Made by a program: the position numbers and the translations under genes. From positions 1 through 61,089 of the forward strand of contig CAXHJY010000398.1 in NCBI GenBank assembly GCA_964016885.1: a DNA stretch of 61,089 nucleotides. Reading direction: 5' to 3'. Source of the DNA: Eledone cirrhosa. Taxonomy: Eukaryota. The notes beneath the pieces were generated by a model. The model made no database searches. It saw only the letters and a program-made list of their open reading frames with translations, and was not told the DNA's origin. Below are positions 1 through 13,409 of the stretch, piece after piece (the stretch's first letter is position 1; the number at the start of each line of letters is the position of its first letter).

Positions 1-1135
1 TATCTGTATGTAAGGAAGAGGGGTGAGACTAGTGGTAAGTGTATCTGTATGTAAGGAAGAGGGGTGAGACTAGTGGTAAGTGTATCTGTATGTAAGGAAG
101 AGGGGGTGAGACTAGTGGTAAGTGTATCTGTATGTAAGGAAGAGGGGTGAGACTAGTGGTAAGTGTATCTGTATGTAAGGAAGAGGGGGTGAGACTAGTG
201 GTAAGTGTATCTGTATGTAAGGAAGAGGGGGTGAGACTAGTGGTAAGTGTATCTGTATGTAAGGAAGAGGGGTGAGACTAGTGGTAAGTGTATCTGTATG
301 TAAGGAAGAGGGGGTGAGACTAGTGGTAAGTGTATCTGTATGTAAGGAAGAGGGGTGAGACTAGTGGTAAGTGTATCTGTATGTAAGGAAGAGGGGTGAG
401 ACTAGTGGTAAGTGTATCTGTATGTAAGGAAGAGGGGGTGAGACTAGTGGTAAGTGTATCTGTATGTAAGGAAGAGGGGTGAGACTAGTGGTAAGTGTAT
501 CTGTATGTAAGGAAGAGGGGTGAGACTAGTGGTAAGTGTATCTGTATGTAAGGAAGAGGGGGTGAGACTAGTGGTAAGTGTATCTGTATGTAAGGAAGAG
601 GGGGTGAGACTAGTGGTAAGTGTATCTGTATGTAAGGAAGAGGGGTGAGACTAGTGGTAAGTGTATCTGTATGTAAGGAAGAGGGGGTGAGACTAGTGGT
701 AAGTGTATCTGTATGTAAGGAAGAGGGGTGAGACTAGTGGTAAGTGTATCTGTATGTAAGGAAGAGGGGGTGAGACTAGTGGTAAGTGTATCTGTATGTA
801 ACGAAGAGGGGTGAGACTAGTGGTAAGTGTATCTGTATGTAAGGAAGAGGGGGTGAGACTAGTGGTAAGTGTATCTGTATGTAAGGAAGAGGGGTGAGAC
901 TAGTGGTAAGTGTATCTGTATGTAAGGAAGAGGGGGCGAGACTAGTGGTAAGTGTATCTGTATGTAAGGAAGAGGGGGCGAGACTAGTGGTAAGTGTATC
1001 TGTATGTAAGGAAGAGGGGGCGAGACTAGTGGTAAGTGTATCTGTATGTAAGGAAGAGGGGGCGAGACTAGTGGTAAGTGTATCTGTATGTAAAAAAGAG
1101 GGGTGAGACTAGTGGTAAGTGCATTTCTAAGACTA
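1..1135. repeat. 41/42-bp tandem satellite (GTGAGACTAGTGGTAAGTGTATCTGTATGTAAGGAAGAGGG[G]), runs off the window start
   Basis: Near-identical units that differ mainly in G-run length. Confidence 0.97.
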
Positions 1136-1218
1136 GTGGTTATTTTATGTACTATACATTCACCTTTAATGAGTTGTAGTGCACCTGAGCACTATACACA
1201 ATAAATTCATTATTATTA

Positions 1219-1713
1219 CTAGCAGAAAAACCACCCTTCGGGTTGTTTACTGCTAGCCTGCGTAGTGTGTATATTGATATTATACACAAATATATATACA
1301 TGCAGATATGATTCATCAAATAAAATCGTAATTGACAATATACACAGAAATTGAACGAAGACTGCGTTACACTGTCTTATGTAATCAGTAACGTAATCCA
1401 TGATACATTAAAAAAAGACGATATTATATATAAACTGCATTAGGTGAAAATTAGTGACGGAAATATATGAATGTTTATTTAGGCGATCGCTAACCGGAAT
1501 TGTTGACATTTGATAATTTTAAAGAAGTGAATCTTAAAATAAGCAACAAAATTATTTACATTTAATCAAGAATAACGAAATTTAGTAGATAAATTATGTA
1601 ATATTCATTCATTATTTATTCAAAGTAATCCAACTTATTTTAAAACGGGACAAAAATATATATATATATATTCTGCACGCAGTCCCGCACTGCTTACTTT
1701 ATTATAGTTTAGA
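1219..1713 (-). mobile_element. non-autonomous Helitron-like element
   Basis: Minus strand reads A|TCTAAACTATAATAAAAG...TTCTGCTAG|T; hairpin (CAACCCGAAGGGTGG) just before the terminal CTAG; lies between the two related satellites. Confidence 0.6.
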
Positions 1714-1715
1714 TT

Positions 1716-2780
1716 TAAGTGTATTTGTATGTAACGAAGATATGTGAAACTAATTGTAAGTGTTAGGAAGATATGTGAAACTAGTGGTAAGTGTATTTGT
1801 ATGTAACGAAGATAGGCAAGACTAGTGGTAAGTGTACCTGTGTGTAACGAAGATATGTGAAACTAATTGTAAGTGTATTTGTATGTAAAGAAGAGATGTG
1901 AAACTAATTGTAAGTGTACCTGTGTGTAACGAAGAGATGTGAAACTAATTGTAAGTGTATTTGTATGTAACGAAGATATGTGAAACTAATTGTAAGTGTA
2001 TTTGTATGTAACGAAGATATGTGAAACTAATTGTAAGTGTATTTGTATGTAACGAAGCGATGTGAAACTAATTGTAAGTGTATTTGTATGTAACGAAGAG
2101 ATGTGAAACTAATTGTAAGTGTATTGTATGTAACGAAGATATGTGAAATTAATTGTAAGTGTATTTGTATGTAACGAAGATATGTGAAACTAATTGTAAG
2201 TGTATTTGTATGTAGCGAAGATATGTGAAACTAATTGTAAGTGTATTTATATGTAACAAAGATATGTGAAACTAATTGTAAGTGTATTTGTATGTAACGA
2301 AGATATGTGAAACTAATTGTAAGTGTATTTGTATGTAACGAGGATATGTGAAACTAATTGTAAGTGTATTTGTATGTAACGAAGAGATGTGAAACTAATT
2401 GTAAGTGTATTTGTATGTAACGAAGATATGTGAAACTAATTGTAAGTGTATTTGTATGTAACGAGGCTATGTGAAACTAATTGTAAGTGTATTTGTATGT
2501 AACGAAGATATGTGAAACTAATTGTAAGTGTATTTGTATGTAACGAGGCTATGTGAAACTAATTGTAAGTGTATTTGTATGTAACGAAGAGATGTGAAAC
2601 TAATTGTAAGTGTATTTGTATGTAACGAAGATATGTGAAACTAATTGTAAGTGTATTTGTATGTAACGAGGATATGTGAAACTAATTGTAAGTGTATTTG
2701 TATGTAACGAAGATATGTGAAACTAATTGTAAGTGTATTTGTATGTAGCGTAGATAGGCGAGGCTAGTGGTAAGTGTATT
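1716..2780. repeat. 41-bp tandem satellite (GATATGTGAAACTAATTGTAAGTGTATTTGTATGTAACGAA), AT-richer variant of the 1-1135 satellite
   Basis: Tandem units; shared GTAAGTGTAT-TGTATGTAA-GAAGA core. Confidence 0.95.
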
Positions 2781-3109
2781 TCCTTTATGCTGCTATGTAA
2801 TTATATAAATAGCAATCAAATGAATTTACTATGTTTCTCGTTTCAAGGAATTTGAGACACACCCCAATGTTTACTGTGAAATATTTTGCAAAAAGTTAAA
2901 CTTAAAAATAAGGTCACAACACTTTCAGGTATTTTACAAAATATTTTCTAAATGGCTTCGTAATATACAGATGTTATTGATTAGTGATAGGTGGTGACTT
3001 AGTGTCATATTAATCTAGTTGATCACTTATTCACATATATACCTTATTGATAAGTTATGGTAACTTAGTGTCACATTGATTTTATTGATCACTTATTGAC
3101 TTATAGTGT

Positions 3110-3262
3110 CATATAGATCCTGTTGGTTAGTTACAGATAGTGCCTTAGTAACATATAGACCCTGTTGGTTAGTTATAGTTAGTGTCTTAGTAACATATAG
3201 ATCCTGTTGGTTAGTTATAGTTAGTATCTTAGTAACATAGACCCTGTTGGTTAGTTATAGTT
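3110..3262. repeat. 42-bp minisatellite, about 3.5 units
   Basis: TAGA(T/C)CCTGTTGGTTAGTTA recurs at 3114, 3156, 3198 and about 3238. Confidence 0.85.
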
Positions 3263-3549
3263 TGCAATTTTTCCTTTTAATAGAAGTCGAAAGATTTTTT
3301 TCATTATAGTTTGACTGGATAGCTTTTATAGTATATAGTGTAGTATATACTACTTCACTTGTTTGTGCACTTGATAATGTCTCCGTGACATAGAGGCTGT
3401 TCAACCCTTTTAAAACCAACCTGTCTACGACCAACCCTAGTAATATTATACTGATCTGCTTCCTTTAGAGTATTATACATTGATTTTTTAATTATTCTAG
3501 GTGCAAGGACAAAATCGATTTAACAAAACATGCTTCTTCAAGCTAAAAC

Positions 3550-3710
3550 GGCGGCGAATTGGCAGAGTCGTTAGAACGTCGGATAGAATACTTTGAGGTA
3601 GTCATTCCGGCTTTTTGCTATCTGATTTCAAATCCCGCTGAGGTCAACTTTGCCTTTCAACCTTTCTAGATCGATAAAATAAATTACCAGTCTAGTACTG
3701 GGGTCGATTC
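3550..3710 (+). mobile_element. tRNA-derived SINE, older subfamily
   Basis: A-box-like TGGCAGAGTCG, B-box-like TTCAAATCCC, central GAGGTCAACTTTGCCTTTCA...CGATAAAATAAA-TACCAG block shared with the other SINE copies. Confidence 0.8.
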
Positions 3711-4245
3711 TTCCTCTATATCTCTATTTTTACTTGCATTCTCTCACTCTCTAACCTTCCCAGGGAAAAATCTACTCTATTCAAACCTGGAGAAGAGATA
3801 GGTTCCGCTAAGTTTTAAAAAATACCCTAGAAACGCCATGTTACTACGGTGCCACTACGACTCCACTAGGAATTATGGTCCCCCCTCTCCACCTCACCAA
3901 AAAAAAAATAGTAAAATGATAAAATGAATGACTGAACAAAAAAAAACAATTACTTGTAAATATAGTAAAACTTATAAACTAAGTGTAACACAAGGAAGAA
4001 AGCGATCAATTGGTGAGCAGACGATATTGTTAGCAACACAATCAAGGTTAAATGATATTCTTTACTGATAAGAAAACGATATTCCTGAAATGTCAACCTA
4101 ACCTACAAGAGAGACTATTTAACTGACTAAATGGACTTTGGCTTTGCTTTTCTAATCAAACTGTAATATTAGCATTAATCAAAATTGCTGTTAAATAAAT
4201 ACAGATGCGCGTGAATATATACATTCTTAAATACATACATGCATA

Positions 4246-4305
<60 letters not shown>

Positions 4306-4443
4306 GTAGGAGGTGAGTTTTATTGTAGTACAATAAAGCAATGCAGATATCGGATAAGAAGCACTCTACAGTTTGTAGGACTGGAGTATACATAATATAA
4401 GATCAAAAGATGGTTAAAGGAACTCCTTTAACCATCTTTTGAT

Positions 4444-4488
<45 letters not shown>

Positions 4489-4489
4489 G

Positions 4490-5149
4490 TAGATTAGAGA
4501 GAAACGAAGCCTGCATGCTCCGATGGATGTGTAACAGTAATATACGTGAACGACAAAGCATAAAGGAATTGAGAGAGAGACTGAGCATAAGAGGAATCAA
4601 ATGCTGCGTGCAGGAGATGCGGTTACGCTGGTATGGACATGTGATGCGTATGAAGGATGACAGCTGCATAAAAAGGTGCAGAGCACTAGAAGTTGATGGA
4701 AACCGCGGAGTGGGGAGACCCAAGATGACCTGGGATGAGGTGATAAAAGCCGACCTTACCCAACTACACCTCTCAAAGTCAATGACACACGACCGTGACT
4801 TCTGGCGTCACGCAGTAATACAGGGTACCCGACCTCCCATGGGTACATGCTGAAGCATATAAACAATATGCCCCCCCCCCCCCGCAAGGTGGTCGTGGAG
4901 GTGCCACGGCAAAAAAGCACCCAGCCCACACTGTAAAGTGGACGTGTAGGCACCACGAAAAAGCACCCAGCACTCACTGTAAATGAGGTTGGTGTTAGGA
5001 AGGGCATCCAGCTGTAGAAATCAAGCCAGATCAGTTCCTGTATGAGCAAGGCATGGTCAGCCGACCAGACACTGCCCACAACAGGACAACCCGTCTAACC
5101 CATGCTAGCGTGGAAGAACGGACGTAAAACGGTGATGATGATGATGATG
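4490..5149 (+). mobile_element. 5'-truncated RTE-clade LINE (ORF C-terminus, 3' UTR, (GAT)n tail)
   Basis: ORF 4515-4853 has RLRWYGHVMRM...RGVGRPKMTW motifs typical of RTE ORF2 C-termini; ends in (GAT)n; possible ACACAC target-site duplication. Confidence 0.85.
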
Positions 5150-5354
5150 ACACACATATACATATGCATGTATGTATTTAAGAATGTATATATTCACGCG
5201 CATCTGTATTTATTTAACAGCAATTTTGATTAATGCTAATATTACAATTGTTCTCGGTATGGTGAACTAACTGTTGTGTAACCACTTCTACCTAACTCGT
5301 CCCATGGACTGAGTGCTCTACCACTACGGGTATTACCTCCCAGTGTTCTACCAC

Positions 5355-5405
<51 letters not shown>

Positions 5406-5512
5406 ACAGGAACATTAGGAGGATATACTTGTAACTGGGTAATATTTATTATTACCCACCATATATATTTATATATAGCTATATTTATATATATGTATAT
5501 ATATAATATATT

Positions 5513-5600
<88 letters not shown>

Positions 5601-5607
5601 TACAATA

Positions 5608-5639
<32 letters not shown>

Positions 5640-5750
5640 CAATAATATATTATATATATACATATATATAAATATAGCTATATATAAATATATATGGTGG
5701 GTAATAATAAATATTACCCAGTTACAAGTATATCCTCCTAATGTTCCTGT

Positions 5751-5940
<190 letters not shown>

Positions 5941-6029
5941 GTAGAACACTGGGAGGTAATATCCGTAGTGGTAGAGCACTCAGTCCATGGGACGAGTTAG
6001 GTAGAAGTGGTTACACAACAGTCAGTTCA

Positions 6030-6079
6030 CCATACCGAGAACAATTGTTTCACCTTAGCAGATCCTCAGCTCGTAATGG
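6030..6079 (-). ncRNA. minimal type I hammerhead ribozyme motif
   Basis: CCATTACGAG-CTGAGGA-tctgctaaggt-GAAA-C-AATT-GTT-CTCGGTATGG on the minus strand. Confidence 0.8.
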
Positions 6080-6181
6080 ACATGGTTATACGGAACAGGA
6101 AGGACAACCGTACGAACGCGCATGCGCAGAAACGATCACTTCACACAGGCAATACTAAATTGCGTGCGAGAGGTGTAAGCT

Positions 6182-6559
6182 GTGGTCACTTCCAACCGAC
6201 CAAATCAACCACAGGAAGTCAAATACTATGTGGCTATGGCGGAGGGCCGATTTAAGGAACGCTTCTTGAACCACCAGTCGACCTTTAGGTACCCGGACAG
6301 ACGTTCATGCACGAAACTCGCGAGCCACGTATGGTCCCTCAAGGACTCAAGTATAGACTACTCCATTCAATGGAAAGCCATCACTAAGTCCAAGCCATAC
6401 GCAAGGGGCAATCCGTCGTGTGGACTATGTATTGATGAACGAATAAATATTCTAAAGAGATTACGCAATAGTGGTTGCCTAAACTCGAGAAATGAGTTCT
6501 TCACACATTGTCCACACGTCTGGAAACACCTCTTACATAACTACAAAGCTCCGGATTGA
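6182..6559 (+). pseudogene. PLE (Neptune-like) GIY-YIG endonuclease C-terminal fragment
   Basis: YVAMAE..FKERFLNH..TF..TKLASHVWSLK..CGLCIDER..LNSRNE..CPH matches the PLE endonuclease pattern. Confidence 0.85.
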
Positions 6560-6721
6560 ATTACAACAACATCCTAATTTTCTTATCAACTAGAAACTTT
6601 TGGACTTTCGCAGTTATCTCCCTTACACCTCTCGCACGCTATTTAGTATTGCCTGTGTGAAGTGATCGTTTCTGCGCATGCGCGTTCGTACGGTTGTCCT
6701 TCCTGTTCCGTATAATCATGT

Positions 6722-6771
6722 CCATTACGAGCTGAGGATCCGCTAAGGTGAAACAATTGTTCTTGGTATGG
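6722..6771 (+). ncRNA. minimal type I hammerhead ribozyme motif
   Basis: CCATTACGAG-CTGAGGA-tccgctaaggt-GAAA-C-AATT-GTT-CTTGGTATGG; palindromic loop 3 as in PLE HHRs. Confidence 0.8.
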
Positions 6772-6795
6772 TGAACTAACTGTTGTATAACCACT

Positions 6796-6826
<31 letters not shown>

Positions 6827-6981
6827 ACGGCAACACTCATCTTTTTCATTTCTCCGAGGGTTATAAACCCCACTATCAGGCTAGAAATTTCTTCAGTTTA
6901 AAATACGGTGAAAGCTTATAATTTCTAATTTCTAATTTCAAACTCGCGCACCGTTTCAAAGACATACTTACATGTTTACGT

Positions 6982-7099
<118 letters not shown>

Positions 7100-7628
7100 T
7101 GCTTGGTAAAAACGCCAAGTTAATAAGAAAGTAGGAAGAAGCAGAAGAACGCAGTGAAATAAAGTAAAAGAATGAGGACGATATGACGTTAGCTTACCAA
7201 TTTTTAATAAACCACAAATATTTTCGGATTTACCATTCATTATCAAGGGGAATCAGTAGGGGGGATCTCAGAGAGAAACCTGAGAAATATCGTGGGCAGC
7301 TGTTCGATTTATTTTTGAATGTACCGGAAAACCTCGTTCAGGATATCATATGCCACAAAAGAAAGCGAGATGGTTACGGCTAGTACCCTGATTGAGAATG
7401 ATAAATATTTGTAATAATAATAAAACAAAACAAGCCATAGTTGTTGAAATTTAAACCATGTGGTTAAACAGCAGGTATAGAAAAATACTACTAGCGACAC
7501 TAGTAGTGGTGGTTGTGATGATGATGGTGGTGATGATAATGATGGTGGTGATGGCACAGTGGTGATGATGATGATGATGATGGCGGTAGTGGTTCTGAGG
7601 TGATAATAATGATAGTGATTGTAATAAT

Positions 7629-7810
7629 AATTGTTTCTACTTTTGGCACAAGGCCAGCAATTACCCAGTGCATTACTGGTACTTTATTTTATCGACCCCG
7701 TAAGGATGAAAGGCAAAGTGAACCTCGGTGGGATTTGAACTCAGACCGTAGAGGACGTAACTATGCTGGAAAGCATGGCGTCCGACTCTCTACCGATACA
7801 GCCAATCCAC
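7629..7810 (-). mobile_element. tRNA-derived SINE, young subfamily
   Basis: Head TGGC.GTATCGGTAGA, B box GAGTTCAAATCCC, central block, tail GTAGAAACAATTATT. Confidence 0.88.
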
Positions 7811-8142
7811 AAAACAAAACAAGCCATAGCTGTTGAAATTTAAACCATGTTGTTAAACAGCAGGTATAGAAAAATACAACTAGCGTCACTTCTGCATGAA
7901 ACAGGAAACCAAATACCTGGAAATGTAAGAAAATCTTCAGTAATATACATATGTACTGTACATATAAAGACAACATAAGATATCAAAATCTCACATAATC
8001 AACTCCCGAAGGACAAAAAAAAACTGGAAAATACGAAATGAATCGACTTTATGGCGACTTCCCCACAATGCCGCTGGTTAATGACTTAAACCATTAAATG
8101 AATATTTGGAGACAAACAGACAGATAGACAAATAGATAGATA

Positions 8143-9040
8143 GAAATCTTTCTTTATTTGCCACAAGGACGTACAAAAAACGGGATATTACAAGATGTGA
8201 CGGTGGGGGTTTTACATAAAAATCATATAACTTTAACATTTATAAATAACAATAAACTATATTTGTATATATATAAAGCTGAAGTTTTCTGTGTGTGTGT
8301 GGACAATTTTTAATGAGGGCTCATATATTCTAAACCATTCATGCGATTTCTTTGAAATTTTTTACAGAGCTTCTCCTTGCACAAAACCTGTACATGATCT
8401 ACAAAGGCTTTCAAAAATTGATATTGGGGCCTTTGGAGACATTAAAAAAGTTTCGGTTATTTGTGTCAATTTTCATGATTAAGTAAGACAATACAAACAT
8501 TTTGTTTTGGGATTTTGATTATTACAATTCGGCTCATTCGGATTTTACTTTAGTCTTTGTACTTGAAACAAAAGGTTTTACTGTTGTCAAAAAAATGTAT
8601 ACCTAGACTGGATTTCTGTTGTTACATGGGATATCGGATGACACCGAGCTCACATATTAATTATTTCGCTGGAATAGTGCCTAAGGTTTTCATGTTTACA
8701 TAAATTACGTTTTTCTTCTATGTATTCAAATTTACTTTATTTAGTTTAATGAGCTACATCGAAAGCTACTTGAACCGTCCAAATGACAGGTACTTTAGCT
8801 AGTATAAAATAAAATAACAATAGAAATCCTCAATACGGAAGAACGTTACTGCAAGGTTGTTTTACATCCCGTAGATAGAACAACCCGCAACACTAGGAAC
8901 GCGTTTTGTAGGTGTTCCCCGTCTTCCCTCTTTTTGTCTTCCTCAAAATATAGGTTTATATAGAGAGAAGGCCCAGTCACTCGGGCCATTTTCGCCACAT
9001 TCACCCACCTTTCAGAGAATTTACTGGCGTGTAGCACCAC
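8143..9040 (-). mobile_element. 5'-truncated Tx1-clade LINE 3' end, interrupted by a Helitron-like insert
   Basis: Minus-strand FSERWVNVAKMARVTGPSLY is homologous to the 20359-20544 ORF2 tail; 3' end AATAAAGAAAGA at about 8143; flanked on both sides by (GATA)n. Confidence 0.75.
8264..8802 (+). mobile_element. non-autonomous Helitron-like element
   Basis: Starts TATATATATAAAGCTGAAG, ends CTTTAGCTAG|T with a short subterminal inverted repeat and a weak hairpin; 5' TC is degenerate. Confidence 0.55.
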
Positions 9041-9140
<100 letters not shown>

Positions 9141-9273
9141 CCTTGTGATATTAACGGACGTGAGAATGAGTACTCAATACCGAAATAGAGATAAAAATAT
9201 TTTTTTATCGTGACTAAAACATGAGTCTAGGTACTCTGATATTTCACTTGCGTACCCATAGGGTCATCAGATA

Positions 9274-9712
9274 GGTCTTGACGGTAGAGTGTGGACCAAT
9301 GACACTAGAGGTTTCGACGGTAGTGTGGGGATCAAGGACAACAGAGGTTTCGACGGCAGTGTGGGGGACCAAGGACACCAGAGGTTTCGATAACAGTGTG
9401 GGAGACCAAGGACAACGGAGACGTCGGCGGCAGTGTGGGAGGCCAATGACACCAGAGGTCACAACGTCAGTCTGGGGACTAAGGGTCCCAGAGATCTTGA
9501 TGGTAGCGTGGGGACCAAGGACACTAGAGGTCTTGACGGTAGTGTGGGGACCAAGGACACTAGAGGTCTCGACGGCAGTGTTGGGGACCAGGGACAACAG
9601 AGATCTCGACGGCAATGCAGAGACCAAAGACACCAGAGGTTCCGACGGCAGTGTGGGGACCAATGACACCAGAGATCTTGACGGCAGTGGGGGACTAAGA
9701 GCACTAGAGGTA
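9274..9712. repeat. GC-rich 36/37-bp minisatellite, about 12 diverged units
   Basis: Consensus GACACTAGAGGTCTTGACGGCAGTGTGGGGACCAAG. Confidence 0.9.
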
Positions 9713-9907
9713 TTAACGTCAACTGGTACGGAAAAAAAGCGGTCAGACAAGCTCTAGTATTTGTATAGTTTCCTCTCCTCTGCATTGCAGGCGGCGGTGC
9801 GGGAACCAAGAACACCAGAGAGAATCGGTGTAGCTTCCTACCACCAGTTGCTTATGACATAGACAATAATTAATATTTAACTACATAAATATAATTTTTC
9901 AATCAAT

Positions 9908-9941
<34 letters not shown>

Positions 9942-10059
9942 CGTTTCGTTTGTTTTTAATGTATTTATATTTTCGTTTGATTCTAAATCGTCATCAATCA
10001 TCATTCACCTTCTACATCGTTAACAATGACGACTTCAGCTCCTGGTGAGACGAGAGAGG

Positions 10060-10775
10060 GCGTGTGTGTATGTGGGGGGGGGGATCTGTGTGTGTGTATA
10101 TCTGTGTGTGTGTGCACGTGTGAATATGTGTATGTCTTTGTGTATCTGTTTGTCTCTGTGTGTCTGTGTATGTATGTGTGTGTCTGTGTATGGTTGTGTG
10201 TGTGTGTGTATGTTTGTGTGTGTCTGTGTATGTGTGCCTGTGTGTATCGGTGTGTGTGTGCATGTGTGAATATGTGTATGTCTTTGTGTGTCTGTTTGTC
10301 TGTATGTGTCTGTGTATGTCTGTGTGTGTCTGTGTATGGCTGTGTGTGTGTGTGTATGTTTGTGTGTGTCTGTGTATGTGTGCCTGTGTGTGTCTGTGTA
10401 TGGTTGTGTGTGTCTGTCTATGTATGTGTGTGTCTGTGTATGGTTGTGTGTGTGTGTGTATGTTTGTGTGTGGCTGTGTATGTGTGCCTGTGTGTGTCTG
10501 TGTATGGTTGTGTGTGTCTGTGTATGGCTGTGTGTGTGTGTATGTTCGTGTGTGTCTGTGTATGTGTGCCTGTGTGTCTGTGTGTGTATGTGTATGTCTG
10601 TGTGTGTCCGTGTCTGTCTGTGTATGTTTGTGTGTGTGTCTGTGTATGTTTGTGCACGTCGGTTTGTCTGCTTGTGTGTATCTGTCTTTCTTTGTTTGTG
10701 TGTGTGTTTGTGTGTGTCAGTGTGTGTCTGTGTGTCTGTGTGTTTGTGTGTTTATGTGTCTGTATGTCTGTGTGC
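10060..10775. repeat. degenerate (GT)n-rich compound repeat
   Basis: GTGTGTCTGTGTATG-type motifs. Confidence 0.95.
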
Positions 10776-11482
10776 AGTCAAATATGCTAAGCTGATGAGT
10801 TCTGTCAGACCGAAGCATGTGTACAGAGTTGTTTGTTGGTTGTAACACTGACTAAACAATTATATTTGCTATATAATAGACTTTCCGTATCATGTAATAA
10901 AAAAAAAATCATATATTTGATCAACAACACTAAAATGTTGTTAACAATAAACACTTTCGTTTCTTTTGTGTGATTCGTACATATGATACTGCAATTACGA
11001 AAATGTCATGTATTTTTGTTTGTGGTCAGATAAATATAATAGGCATTCTGATATCGAAAATTAAATAGATAAGCTTGTGATATATTTTCTTTTCTCAGAG
11101 TAATGTTTTGTCAGATACCAATGAAATGTCGATAATTAATTGTATTACAATTTGATTTTGAATGTTTTCAAATGTATTGGCGCGCCGTTTTACTACTTCA
11201 ATTGTTTGAATGGTCGATAAACTCTGGGTAACGATTCATAAAGCATCAATCTCTAAAAACCATAAACACTCAACTTTATGTATCGAGTTCTTTTTTTTTC
11301 TTTTCTTTCTTTATGAACACAAACTTTAACTACTAGTTCATGTATACATATACAAACATCCTCCCGGACACACACATTTACATTTATAATCTGTATAGAA
11401 TTACTAAAGAATATTGAAAATTCAAATGTGTGCGTCCAGATCAAAAATGGTCTAAATACAGCAGATTTCTTCCAGAGACGCT

Positions 11483-11546
<64 letters not shown>

Positions 11547-11551
<5 letters not shown>

Positions 11552-11622
11552 TTCTTTATTTGTCACAAGGGCGTACAAAAATGGGACATTACAAAACGTG
11601 ACGGCGGGGGTTTTACATAAAA
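11547..11622 (-). mobile_element. Tx1-like 3' stub next to (GA)n
   Basis: Similar to 8143-8224. Confidence 0.6.
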
Positions 11623-11630
11623 TCTTTAAT

Positions 11631-11936
11631 AATTGTTTCTACTTTAGGCACAAGGCCAGCAATTACCCAGTGCATTAGTGGTACTTTATTTTATCGACCC
11701 CGTAAGGATGAAAGGCAAAGTCAACCTCGGCGGGATTTGAACTCAGATCGTAAAGGGACGTAACTATGCTGGAAAGCATGGCGTCCGACCCTCTACCGAT
11801 ACTGCCAATCCAATCTTTAATAATTGTTTCTACTTTTGGCACAAGGCCAGCAATAACCCAGTGCATTACTGGTACTTTATTTTATCGACCTCGTAAGGAT
11901 GAAAGGCAAAGTCAACCTCGGCGGGATTTGAACTCA
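11631..11936 (-). mobile_element. two tandem SINEs (full-length 11631-11811; 5'-truncated 11822-11936)
   Basis: SINE consensus; AATCTTTAATAAT occurs before, between and after the copies. Confidence 0.88.
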
Positions 11937-12006
11937 AATCTTTAATAATGATGAATAACAATAAGCTATATAGATATATATAGATAGGTAGATATATAGA
12001 AAGATA

Positions 12007-12090
12007 TGTTTCTTTATTACCCACAGGGGCACAAAAGAAGGGGACAAATACAAAGGGGGAAGTTTACATACAATAAAAACGTGTAAAATA
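12007..12090 (-). mobile_element. Tx1 3' stub
   Basis: Reverse complement matches 20699-20760 (TGTAAACT-CCCCCTTTGTATTTGTCCCTTCTTTT...AATAAAGAAA). Confidence 0.75.
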
Positions 12091-12121
12091 TTATCACAGA
12101 TATATATAGAGAGAGAGAGAG

Positions 12122-12299
12122 AGAAGAATCGATCCTAGTACTAGACGGGTACTTTTTTTTTTTTTTATCGACCTCGAATGGATGAAAAGCAAAGTTGACC
12201 TCGGTAGGATGGATTTGAACTAAGAGAGCAGAACGCCGGAACAAATACCGTTACAAAGCATTCTATCCAACATTCTAACGACTCTGTCAATTCGCCGCC
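12122..12299 (-). mobile_element. SINE, older subfamily
   Basis: Matches 3550-3710. Confidence 0.8.
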
Positions 12300-12936
12300 C
12301 AGATTCTTTTCACCTATTAATAGCTATAATGGTTTAGTAGTGAAAAAATACTTTCTAATTCATATGGAAAGAAGATATTTTATTTCTTATTATTTGTTAA
12401 CTTTAAGTTGATTATTGATTCAAATATGCCTTCAGATTACTTAAAGAAATTGAAAAATAAAAGCATTGGTATAATGGCAGTTTGATATAAAGGTGCCAGT
12501 GGTTTAAAATAGTTTATCAGGGAGAAAATGTTTTATAAAGTTGAAAGATATAAAAATAAAAAAAACCGACACATTTTGTTCTCATTGACCTAATGAGGTT
12601 TTGTTGAAAGTTGATAGTTTGCCAGATCTTTCATTAAATCAAGAAGTGAAATGTTACAAAGTGTCTGCCAAGGATTCGAGGTGTTTGTGTCTAAAGTAGA
12701 GGAGTTATGGCAGCATGAAGACTTAAACTTTCAATGAGTTATCAAGATGACAATGAAGTTTGTATAACAACATTTATGAGAAATTGTATAAAATAGTGTC
12801 TCAGTGAGTGAGGATGTGTTTGTGAGTGAGTATGTGTTTGCGTGTATGTGTGTGTGCGAGCGTGTGTATGTGTCCGTGTACGCGTGTATGTGTTTGTGTG
12901 TATGTATGTCTCGGCGTCTCTCTCTCTGTCTCTCTG

Positions 12937-12983
<47 letters not shown>

Positions 12984-13409
12984 CTATCTATCTATCTATC
13001 TCTATCTCCCTCCCCCTTTCTCTCTCTCTCTCTATGTTGTTTGTGTCTGAATGCATCTCTCTGAATGTGTCTCTTTGTGTGTCTCTATGTGAGTGCGTTG
13101 TGAGTGTGTGTGCATGTGTGCGTTTGTGTGTGCATGTGTGCGTGTGTGTATGTGAATATGTGTGTGTGTGGTATTGTCATTAATTGGCCTAGACCAATTA
13201 ATTACGAAACGTTTAATGAAAGCGAAAGTTGACAGCACAATCAAGAAGCCATTAAACGCCATCTTCTGTTGCAGCTCAGACAACTTTTAAAAGGTACCTG
13301 GTGATATCATATCAAATACTGAACGCCGCCATTTGTTTAAAATAAGACTTGACGGTCATATTACGAAAGTAGACTGAAATGTTCTGAGGCTGATTATGAA
13401 GGAGTGATG

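Noticed and set aside
894-1106. 14-aa repeat ORF
   Set aside because: Run of 42-bp satellite units that happens to stay in frame
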